From a bacterium (lineage in GTDB: Bacteria; Zhuqueibacterota; Zhuqueibacteria; Oceanimicrobiales; Oceanimicrobiaceae): a stretch of 42,762 nucleotides of DNA. Below the pieces are notes generated by a model. It was not told the DNA's origin. It ran no database searches and was given only the letters and a program-made list of their open reading frames with translations. The stretch lies in contig JBHHYI010000014.1 of NCBI GenBank assembly GCA_046757525.1, positions 1 through 42,762 of the forward strand. Direction: 5' to 3'. Positions 17,712-26,018 of this stretch are shown here, in pieces; the stretch's first letter is position 1; the number at the start of each line of letters is the position of its first letter. The position numbers and the translations under genes were made by a program.

Positions 17712-19565
17712 TCAAAAAGCCTCCGATCGCATTGATAACTTATGCTCCGACCGTAGTGCACTGAGGACAATCAACGAAACACTATTATTTTGCAAATCAA
17801 ATGAATAATGAAAGGACTGATCTTGTGTTTTTTGTTCCCAAACAGGTTTGTACAAAGTTAAATCATCTTTCTCTGACAATTCCCTAAATTGACTCGTGTT
17901 CAACTTCTTGGGATCGCCTAATTTACGCCAGACGGTGTAACTGTTTGAGTGCGTCTCATCAATCATAAACCATTGAACAGCAAACTCTTCGAAAGGCAAA
18001 TTCTTTATTTCTAAATCAATTCTGAATGTGTCCCGCAATGCATTGGTTTTGTCGTCATCATTTAGGTGATAAATCAAGATCTCCACCGAATTCTCACCAT
18101 CCCTGGTGGCAACAGCATGGACAGGATCACCAAACTGATTCGGATTGATTTGCTCGATTCTTTCATTGCCCAGATGTCCAAGGAGTTCAAAGGCATTGTA
18201 GGCAGGCCGTTTAATCAGGCCAACCGTGTCACCGAGCCTAAAATAAGTCGCGATGCCTTTTTCTTTGCCAAACCGTCTGGCTAACTGCTCACTCGACCAA
18301 AAAACAACTTCCCTGGGCTGATACGGCTTACCATATCGTTCGCCTAAAAAGAATACGGCGTCAACCATTTTTGCCAGCCATGCCGCTACATAGCGCGTAT
18401 TGTAATACGTGCCATTCCTGGTGCTGGGGCCTGTTTCCGTCAGCAAGAACGGCAACTGTTGCGTTAGTTTTCTGACTTCAGGATGGTCGTGATGAGCTGC
18501 ACGATTGATTTTCCAAAGAATTTTGCCAACAACGCTACCGTCTGATTTTTTTGAAAAGGCATTGCCAATCTTGCCGTACGCGTGAGATGAAATAAAGTCG
18601 ATGGGCGTCTTCGGATCGCCGGTCACATCATTCCGTCCCAATGCTACATGTTCAAGCAACTGGCTTATCTGTCCACCGGCACTGGCCGGGCCGCCGATGT
18701 GAATGTCCGGAAAAGCCTGTTTGGCACCTTGTACCGCGTAATCGTAGAGACGGAAATATTCTTCCATGTCTCCATAGGGCTTTTTTCGCGGATCAGAATC
18801 TTCGACCCAAAACAAATATCCCAAGTCTGGCTCATTCCAGACTTCAAAATACCAGGTTTTGATTTCTTCATCTCCATATCTTTTTCTCAAGTGAGAGACG
18901 GTTTGGTAAACCAAAGCCTGCCATTTGTTGTAATCCTTTGGTGGTGAAATATTTGCCTTGCCCCATTTTTGCCTTCGGTCTGGCAAGGATGCCAGGGCAT
19001 CCGGCATAAAGCTAAGTTCAACGATCGGTTTGAAACCGTTTTGCACAATCCGATCAAACACCTGATCGACAATACTCCAATTGTAACTGGGACGACCTGC
19101 GCTATCCTCATGGTAAATGTCACAGCCTTCGCCCCAGGGCGGTTTGCCGTTACTAAATAAATTGTGCGCGCGTATGTATCGAAAGGTCCCTTTGGTGCGG
19201 GTGTTGGTTTCCTTCATGAGTTCTAAAAGCCGTCTATTGTTGCCAGATAAGATGCCGCTTTTCAGGGACTCATAACCAAGGTTGCCCCAAAATCGATGGA
19301 ATCGGCCACGGCTTTTTGATGCATCAAATACCAAGGCCCATTCTTTTTTGTTCAAATGTAGATCCTTTTTAGGAGCAGAGGACGCAAACGATTTTGTGAC
19401 CTTATATTTAACCTCAGCCAACTTCTTGGCCGGGACGTACAGTATCTTGTGAGATTTTATGAATCTTTTCACATAGTATTTATTTCGCCCCAAACCTAAA
19501 ATGGCCACCACTAACACGGCTAACACACCAAGAAAGATAATGATTTTGAGAGATCGTCTATTCAT
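17712..19565 (-). CDS. GH39-family glycoside hydrolase with an N-terminal membrane anchor (PslG-like role possible)
   Basis: FRYIRAHNLF, KPIVELSFMP, PPKDYNKW, WYFEVWNEPD (acid/base), IGGP, DFISSHAY, LLTETG (nucleophile). Confidence 0.85.
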   Translation of the reverse strand: MNRRSLKIIIFLGVLAVLVVAILGLGRNKYYVKRFIKSHKILYVPAKKLAEVKYKVTKSFASSAPKKDLHLNKKEWALVFDASKSRGRFHRFWGNLGYESLKSGILSGNNRRLLELMKETNTRTKGTFRYIRAHNLFSNGKPPWGEGCDIYHEDSAGRPSYNWSIVDQVFDRIVQNGFKPIVELSFMPDALASLPDRRQKWGKANISPPKDYNKWQALVYQTVSHLRKRYGDEEIKTWYFEVWNEPDLGYLFWVEDSDPRKKPYGDMEEYFRLYDYAVQGAKQAFPDIHIGGPASAGGQISQLLEHVALGRNDVTGDPKTPIDFISSHAYGKIGNAFSKKSDGSVVGKILWKINRAAHHDHPEVRKLTQQLPFLLTETGPSTRNGTYYNTRYVAAWLAKMVDAVFFLGERYGKPYQPREVVFWSSEQLARRFGKEKGIATYFRLGDTVGLIKRPAYNAFELLGHLGNERIEQINPNQFGDPVHAVATRDGENSVEILIYHLNDDDKTNALRDTFRIDLEIKNLPFEEFAVQWFMIDETHSNSYTVWRKLGDPKKLNTSQFRELSEKDDLTLYKPVWEQKTQDQSFHYSFDLQNNSVSLIVLSALRSEHKLSMRSEAF

Positions 19566-19587
19566 GCCGCTCTGTCAGCTTGGCTTG

Positions 19588-21402
19588 CTAATTCTGCTCG
19601 ACTTTTAGGCCGGTCGGGGCCGCTGGTGCTTGCATATCCGCTACGCCTTCGCTGCCATGATAGACGAACATGATCGCATCCGCAACGACCAGTCCAGTAG
19701 CTTCATTCGAGATCACAACTTTTCCTGAGCGACCAACCGGGAAATTGTAGACCCCAAGACTATTCCATCGCCCCTGATCTGTGCTTTGATTAACTATTTT
19801 AGTTTTCTTGTTCCCATTGCCAAAGTAAATGGTGTATGGAACACTGCCGGCCATTTGACTGGCATCGACGTAACCATGCCATTCAAAAACCTCATAGTCA
19901 CCAGCAACACTGATGTTCGGATCAAAAGTAGCCGTCTCATTCCCGCTGCCACCAGTAGTAAACGCATGCGGATACCTGTTTTTACTTGGCCTTACATCAT
20001 AACTGTAATGGTCACGCCCATCGCGCGTTTGCTCCCAATTACCGATGAAAGTTGCGGGTTCTTGCATCGGAGACGTTCCGTAATCTAAGTTGTCTATTAT
20101 TATATCCGATACAATTGTCTGGGGTTGTTTAACCAATATGATCCCATCCCCAACAACTAAGTCGGTATTTCCTTTTGGCTGCTTTGAACCGACTAATTCA
20201 ACGTTGGTGAACATCTTCCCATTGTTGAAGTCAGGATCCTGGCTACCCTTAAAACGAAAATAAGGGCCCGAGTAGCCAGCAAGGGATCGCAAATCCGCAT
20301 CGCTTACATTTTGGCTTGAACCTGTAGGATTAGTAATAACGGCGCCAGCATCAAAAAATCGCACAAAACATCCGTTAGACAGCTCTGCGGCGGCAGAAGT
20401 AGGAAATCCCACATTCAAATCAAATTCGTCGTAATAGGCATGAAAATGGTGCTCGTCAGCCTCCAGGGGATTGAAATTATAATAACCGTCCCCCAGCATG
20501 GTCACGGTCAACATAAAGCGTGCCAGTCTTAAATAATTTCTGGTGGGTTCCACTAAGTTATTATCTCCACCCCAGGGCCTGTTATCCATGAGCAATATAT
20601 GTGGTTGTCTGGCTTGTGCCATGAACTGGTTATATCTTTTCCAAACAAAGTTCCAATTCAAAATCCCGGCAAATCTTTCTAACTCAACGCCATTGCTATT
20701 GTCCCAGCCCCAATCTTGAAATTGGCCAGCATTTATCCATATAAGCTTATCTGGCCCTATTAAATCCCGCAACTTCTGAATACAAGCGAGGACACCTTCC
20801 AACCATCGATCACTCACCCATTGCTCCCCGTGTTCGTTGTAATCGTTTACGCCATTTCTGTCGAGATCTATGTCGCTAATCCCATGAGGTTTCCCCCAAC
20901 ACCAGTCGCTGGCAATACCGTCGTAGACATTCAAATCCACCTGCTGTACAAGCACTTCTGGATGTCTGTCAACATACCGCTTCCCATTGACCTTGGGACA
21001 TAAACTGGACATATTCATCAATTTTCCCCAATTCAATTCAATATCTTTCCCATCAGAGCCTTTCGTAAACCATTCCGGGGCTTCATTCGGAATATAAGCC
21101 TGCACCGGGTTCTTGCTGTTAAACGATGTCCAACCATCCGTCCACAGGACACGGCAATTGGGGTTCCTGGCTTTAATGTCCAGAACCTTTTTTTCATTTT
21201 GCCACGGGACAATGACCAGGTCAAATCGGGCGTACCATTGTGCCGGCGCATTCCCGAAATGTTGAACGCCTGTGCGCGGATATGGGTGGTTTAATTGCGC
21301 CAGTGCCTGTGTACTCGACAAGACATAGAATAGCAGAATTGTACAGAAATGCAAGCAGCAATCTTTAATGGTTTCGACTTTCAATTTATTATGACAGAAC
21401 AT
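19588..21402 (-). CDS. secreted putative TIM-barrel glycoside hydrolase-like protein with a C-terminal golvesin/xanthan-lyase-type beta domain
   Basis: Signal peptide ending ALA-Q; YARFDLVI, YDGIASD, NGVELE, YYDEFD..VG.P, VRFFDAGAVITNPT; C-terminal GDYEVFEW..VPYTI..NQ..GRWNSLGVYNF..VVADAIMF; ends APAAPTGLKVEQN. Confidence 0.65.
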   Translation of the reverse strand: MFCHNKLKVETIKDCCLHFCTILLFYVLSSTQALAQLNHPYPRTGVQHFGNAPAQWYARFDLVIVPWQNEKKVLDIKARNPNCRVLWTDGWTSFNSKNPVQAYIPNEAPEWFTKGSDGKDIELNWGKLMNMSSLCPKVNGKRYVDRHPEVLVQQVDLNVYDGIASDWCWGKPHGISDIDLDRNGVNDYNEHGEQWVSDRWLEGVLACIQKLRDLIGPDKLIWINAGQFQDWGWDNSNGVELERFAGILNWNFVWKRYNQFMAQARQPHILLMDNRPWGGDNNLVEPTRNYLRLARFMLTVTMLGDGYYNFNPLEADEHHFHAYYDEFDLNVGFPTSAAAELSNGCFVRFFDAGAVITNPTGSSQNVSDADLRSLAGYSGPYFRFKGSQDPDFNNGKMFTNVELVGSKQPKGNTDLVVGDGIILVKQPQTIVSDIIIDNLDYGTSPMQEPATFIGNWEQTRDGRDHYSYDVRPSKNRYPHAFTTGGSGNETATFDPNISVAGDYEVFEWHGYVDASQMAGSVPYTIYFGNGNKKTKIVNQSTDQGRWNSLGVYNFPVGRSGKVVISNEATGLVVADAIMFVYHGSEGVADMQAPAAPTGLKVEQN

Positions 21403-21500
21403 TCTGTTCCTCCATCCATTTCCTAAATGACTGTACTAACAATTAAGGCTCCCTTTCAACAATACAAAAACCTTGCAGTTTTTCTACTAAGTTTCAAAGA

Positions 21501-23039
21501 TCAAAGATAGCCCAGCGCTCTTAGTTGACTTTTCAATGCTTCTGAAGATTCCATATCCGCTTGTGCTTCAGAACCCGTATCAGGTTCGTCGTAACTCTCG
21601 ATGTATTCGACCGGATGCTTTTCAGAGAAAGCATCTTCTATCGCTTCCGTTAACACCTGGCCGTCCATGTCGCGGCCAACGGGCAAGCCTGTCAATGCCA
21701 AAATGGTGGGAACGATATCCAGCACCTGCGCCTTCTGCTTAAATTTGACGTTCTTCTTGACACCTTTGCCACTCAAGACCAGAATGGCGTTCTTGCCATC
21801 GTGCACGCCGGAGGTACGATCGTTGGAGGCATGTACGAAATGTTGCAATTCGAACTTCTGGTCCCGCACGCTTATGTGGCGGTCCTTTACTTCAGCGATG
21901 GCATTGTTCAGACTCAGCCACAAGTTGGTCGAATCGTGTTCCTTGATTCTAAAAAGAGGAACCTCGTCTTCCACAATGGTGATGGATTCAAACAACGATT
22001 TCAGTTGTTCCTTGCCGCTCTCAGATTCAACGCGTGGTTTGACGAGAATATCGAAGCCCACGTTTGAATACGAAACCTCCTGTTCGATGCCCAGCGACTG
22101 CATCAAGGCCTCAGACTTTATGGTGGGAATGCGCCACTGCATGGCTTGCTCAACCGCAGCTTTGGCTCCGTGGTCGGAGGCCACCACGATGAGGGTGCCG
22201 CTATCGGCCAATCGGGCAATCTTGCCCAGGGTGGCGTCGGCGTGTTCGTAAGCCTTGAACAAGCTATCTCCATACTTTTGGACATCTTCTTCAGAAACAT
22301 CGCCAAACTTCTCAGGTTCCAGGTATTTCCAGAAGATGTGAGAGCTGGTGTCGATGAGGTGGTTGTGAAAATAGGCGTACTGCGGTTGATACCACCTGCA
22401 CAGCCTTACGAAAATGTCGCTGTATAGTCGCTGTTTGAGCACCCGAACCTCAAACTGTGCTTCGATCATCGGACGCTGACTGACTTTTTTTCGCAGCATC
22501 TCCAACATGGCAGCGCCCAGAGTTGATAGCCGCGCACCATACTTCAACGCACGCAACGTATAGGTTAGCAATTCCACAGCGTTTTGTTGCTTCCCCCCTT
22601 TGTTGGCTTCTGTGAGCTTTCTGAGGAAGGAGAGTTCTTCCGGGTAGGTTTGCTCATCCAGGGCCAACAAATCCGGGATCATGAAGCCGTTGACTTTCGC
22701 CGGAGGCCAGGTCACGAAGTGCCCCATGATCCCTACCGACGAGCCTTGCTCCAAAAAGACGTCCCAGATGCGTTTGGTGCGCACAGAATTAGACGACGCA
22801 TTAAAACTTTTCACGCCGTGCTTCTCAGGCGATTTCGCTGAAGCGATGCTGGTCCACACAACCGGAGAGACCACGGGCTCCTCGGTTTCTGTATGGAAGG
22901 TCACCCCGTTCTCCATGAGGTGGGCTAAATTGGGCATTCTACCTTCAGCTACTAACTTCTCTACTATCCAATAGGTCGCACAATCCAGACCTACGAATAA
23001 GATCCTTCGTGTTTTCGGATTGAAAGTCGTGTTTGGCAT
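21501..23039 (-). CDS. cytoplasmic alkaline-phosphatase superfamily (phosphodiesterase-type) protein with an LGY tail
   Basis: FVGLDCAT, VSPVVWTSIAS..SPEKHGV, IDTSSH, ASDHG, SGVH, DIVPTIL; ends LKSQLRALGYL. Start at 23039, 1 bp after the carbamoyltransferase stop. Confidence 0.85.
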   Translation of the reverse strand: MPNTTFNPKTRRILFVGLDCATYWIVEKLVAEGRMPNLAHLMENGVTFHTETEEPVVSPVVWTSIASAKSPEKHGVKSFNASSNSVRTKRIWDVFLEQGSSVGIMGHFVTWPPAKVNGFMIPDLLALDEQTYPEELSFLRKLTEANKGGKQQNAVELLTYTLRALKYGARLSTLGAAMLEMLRKKVSQRPMIEAQFEVRVLKQRLYSDIFVRLCRWYQPQYAYFHNHLIDTSSHIFWKYLEPEKFGDVSEEDVQKYGDSLFKAYEHADATLGKIARLADSGTLIVVASDHGAKAAVEQAMQWRIPTIKSEALMQSLGIEQEVSYSNVGFDILVKPRVESESGKEQLKSLFESITIVEDEVPLFRIKEHDSTNLWLSLNNAIAEVKDRHISVRDQKFELQHFVHASNDRTSGVHDGKNAILVLSGKGVKKNVKFKQKAQVLDIVPTILALTGLPVGRDMDGQVLTEAIEDAFSEKHPVEYIESYDEPDTGSEAQADMESSEALKSQLRALGYL

Positions 23040-23040
23040 A

Positions 23041-24774
23041 TTAGTGATCCGTGGTGTTCTTGTCGTTGGTGACCAGGAAATTGCCGATTGCAAGATATTC
23101 CAGGTGGCCACATTGAAAGGAGCGTATGGCATCGTTTGGCGTACAAACAATGGGCTCCTCATGCATATTAAAACTCGTATTGACGATGGTTGGAATCCCG
23201 GTGATTTTGTGATACTCCTTTAGTATTTTGTAGTAACTCGGATTGGTCTTCTCATCGATCAGTTGTGGCCTTGCCGTTCCATCGACGTGTACGGTTGCGG
23301 GGGACGCCTCCTTCATGTAATTGGTGCAGTCGAAAGTAATGGTCATGAACTTGGCCGGATATTCTGCCCCGCTGAGATTCTTGTAACATTTGTCCGCGTA
23401 TTCCGCAAGCGTGACGGGGGCGAAAGGCATGAATTCCGTGCGGCCCAACTTCTTGTTCAGCCAGTCATTGACAGTGGGATCCGTCGCAGCATAGAGAATC
23501 GAACGGTTGCCCAATGCTCGCGGCCCATATTCCATCTTGCCGTTGAACCGGGCAACCACTTTATTGGAGGCCAACAGTTGCGCAACCTTTTTTTCGATGT
23601 TGTCAAAACGCTCATAGTTTAGATGGGCTTTTTTGAGCTCTGATTCAATTTCGTCATTCGTAAACTCAGGACCAAAATAGACATGGTCCACAAAACTGCC
23701 CACGCTGCCGTTGGAACTGATGTCGTAATGCAGCGCGGCTCCTGCGGAAATGCCGCCATCGGTCATATTCGGGAACACATAAACTTGCTTTATTCCTGGA
23801 ATTTCGAACAGGCGCTGGTTGAGTTTGACGTTACTAAAGGTGCCGCCTGCCAATACAAGTTTGTCGATCCTAAATTCTTCGTAAGCGTTTTTTGCAAGTT
23901 CAACAAACACTTCTTCTAATCGGCGTTGAAACACTGCGGCGATATCCTCTCGGGAATAGGTCGACTGCAAATGACGCATCAATGTCTTTTTGAAAAACGG
24001 TATCTTACGATGCCACATCTTACCGATCATGTAGGGACAGTACAATCTCAAGCCCTTCACCTGAAGCATGTGTTTTATTTCATCGTACGCGGGCGATTCA
24101 GGGTTGCCATAAGCTGCGAGTCCCAAAATTTTGCCTTCATGCCGATTGGCGCGAAACCCCATCCAGGTGGTAAGACTGGCATAATAGTGCCCGATGGAAT
24201 TTGGATACCAGCTTCTCGAAACCACCATTATATCCTTCCCTTCACCGATGGAAATCATATTGCAAACGAAATCCCCCCAGTAATCTGCGGTAATGATCAA
24301 AGCTTTGTCATATCCTGAGGTATGAAAAGCGGAAGCAGCATGACACACATGATGTTCGACCCGATGGAATTTGGCCTGCGGGAACATTTTCTTGAGTCTT
24401 TTGATGTCGCGGTAATGATTGATCAATACCCTCGGGTAGGTTTGAAATATGATGTAGGTGGCGTACATCAAATGTTGCAGCATTTCCAGGAAGGAGATTC
24501 TCCCTTCTTGACCCACCGGAAATGCTGTGAAGGGATATTTGGTAACATTCTTCACCACATCCACAAATTTGCTGATTTCCGGAATCACCACGTGCCTGAC
24601 ATCCGCATGGGTTTTTCCCGATAACCGCAAAACTTCTTCGATCGACTTAAACGGAAAGCCGTTCTGTCCCTTGACTCTCGTAAGTCTCTCTTCGTTAATG
24701 GCCGCTAAGATCTTGCCCTTCTCGATGATAGAGGCACCAGCATCATGTTCTTGACTGAAAGACAGAACACACAT
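23041..24774 (-). CDS. O-carbamoyltransferase, NodU/CmcH family
   Basis: HDAGA..EERLTRVK, EHHVCHAASAF, EGKILGLAAYG, EYGPRALGNRSIL, FMPFAP, VHVDGTARPQ, NTSFNMHEEPIV. Start is the ATG at 24774 after AAGGAG. Confidence 0.92.
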   Translation of the reverse strand: MCVLSFSQEHDAGASIIEKGKILAAINEERLTRVKGQNGFPFKSIEEVLRLSGKTHADVRHVVIPEISKFVDVVKNVTKYPFTAFPVGQEGRISFLEMLQHLMYATYIIFQTYPRVLINHYRDIKRLKKMFPQAKFHRVEHHVCHAASAFHTSGYDKALIITADYWGDFVCNMISIGEGKDIMVVSRSWYPNSIGHYYASLTTWMGFRANRHEGKILGLAAYGNPESPAYDEIKHMLQVKGLRLYCPYMIGKMWHRKIPFFKKTLMRHLQSTYSREDIAAVFQRRLEEVFVELAKNAYEEFRIDKLVLAGGTFSNVKLNQRLFEIPGIKQVYVFPNMTDGGISAGAALHYDISSNGSVGSFVDHVYFGPEFTNDEIESELKKAHLNYERFDNIEKKVAQLLASNKVVARFNGKMEYGPRALGNRSILYAATDPTVNDWLNKKLGRTEFMPFAPVTLAEYADKCYKNLSGAEYPAKFMTITFDCTNYMKEASPATVHVDGTARPQLIDEKTNPSYYKILKEYHKITGIPTIVNTSFNMHEEPIVCTPNDAIRSFQCGHLEYLAIGNFLVTNDKNTTDH

Positions 24775-24820
24775 AAGTAACACTCCTTATTTGCTAATTG
24801 CAGTTTGTGAATGCAATCCA

Positions 24821-26014
24821 TTATGATTTTGAGCTAACAAATAAAAAAACTTCTAACACATTTCTCACATTCTTATCCCAGGTATAGGACTTCAAGATGG
24901 TTTTTCGGCCCTCGCGACCAAGCCTTTCCCGCAAGTCGCCATCTTCGATTAGCTCACAAGTTTTTTCGACGAACTGGCCAGGGTGTTCGGGGTCATACAA
25001 AAAACCGTTCCTGCCATCCTCGATTACTTCCGCAATTTGACCGATGGCGCTGGCAATCACCGCTTTTCCGGCCGACAGGTACTCGTAAAGCTTGAGCGGA
25101 GAAAAATAAAAAAAGTCCATGTGCGGGTATGGTGCCAACACGATGTCCATGGCCGCAACATGGGACGGCACCTCTTCATGGAGCACGTAGCCGGTAAATA
25201 TTACATCCTTTTCCCACTTTTTGGATTTGACCAGAGCTTCCGCTTGCTTCTTTAGCGGTCCATCGCCCACCAGCAAATAGGCAATATTGTTGTATTTGTT
25301 CAGGGTTCTTTCCATCAATTGTAGCAGGTTTTCCACGCCGTGCCAATAGTGAAAAGAGCCGACGAATCCCAAAACGACCTTGTCGTCAAAACCAAACTTC
25401 TTTCTTATTGGAAGAGATTTGATTTTGGGACTAAATTTCTCAATATCCACACCATTGGGTATTACAAAAATTTTATCGGCGGGAACTCTTTTTTCTAAAT
25501 AGTATTCCTTCAAAGCATTTGAAACTGTAATGACCCTGTCGGAAAGCCGGATATTTAACCATTCTGTCAAGAACGGAATCCAGGGCAATTGCCAAACGTC
25601 CTTGACCAGCTTTTTTCTTTCTAACGCGTGCGGAGAGTTCACTTCCAACACCACGGGGACTCTTTTAACTTTAGCGACGATCGGCGCGGTGAAATTCAAC
25701 ATATTATAACGGACCAGCAAAACATCCGGTTTTTCCCGAGAAAGTATGCCCCACTCCCGGACGAACAATTGAGCATTACGCAGCAGTTGGTTCAGTTGGC
25801 CGACGTACCGCTTGAGCCTGCTTTTTAGTACCTGACGAATGCGTGCCCACAAAGAGCTGTCACCCGCAGCGGCAAAAGGCGCCGGATTCAAGTTGTACGG
25901 CTTAATATCCTGGCCGCAAGCTTGCATCGCCCCGACAAACTGTTTCACATGAACCGCAGCACCGACCGAATCCTGATGGCTGTCGTACAAATAATTGAAA
26001 TAGACTATTTTCAT
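24821..26014 (-). CDS. glycosyltransferase, GT4 family
   Basis: PVVLEVN, IPNGVD, GFVGSFHYWHG, SPLKLYEYLSAGK; start MKIVYF at 26014. Confidence 0.9.
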   Translation of the reverse strand: MKIVYFNYLYDSHQDSVGAAVHVKQFVGAMQACGQDIKPYNLNPAPFAAAGDSSLWARIRQVLKSRLKRYVGQLNQLLRNAQLFVREWGILSREKPDVLLVRYNMLNFTAPIVAKVKRVPVVLEVNSPHALERKKLVKDVWQLPWIPFLTEWLNIRLSDRVITVSNALKEYYLEKRVPADKIFVIPNGVDIEKFSPKIKSLPIRKKFGFDDKVVLGFVGSFHYWHGVENLLQLMERTLNKYNNIAYLLVGDGPLKKQAEALVKSKKWEKDVIFTGYVLHEEVPSHVAAMDIVLAPYPHMDFFYFSPLKLYEYLSAGKAVIASAIGQIAEVIEDGRNGFLYDPEHPGQFVEKTCELIEDGDLRERLGREGRKTILKSYTWDKNVRNVLEVFLFVSSKS

Positions 26015-26018
26015 CAAT

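Noticed and set aside
2529..21402. Catabolic polysaccharide-utilisation locus (sulfatases + lyase + GH39)
   Set aside because: No SusC/D, TonB-dependent or ABC transporters and no sugar catabolism genes; the genes are interleaved and co-oriented with biosynthetic GTs, wzx and wzy.
21601..22251. 216-aa plus-strand ORF
   Set aside because: Antisense to the AlkP gene, Ser-rich and without domain features.
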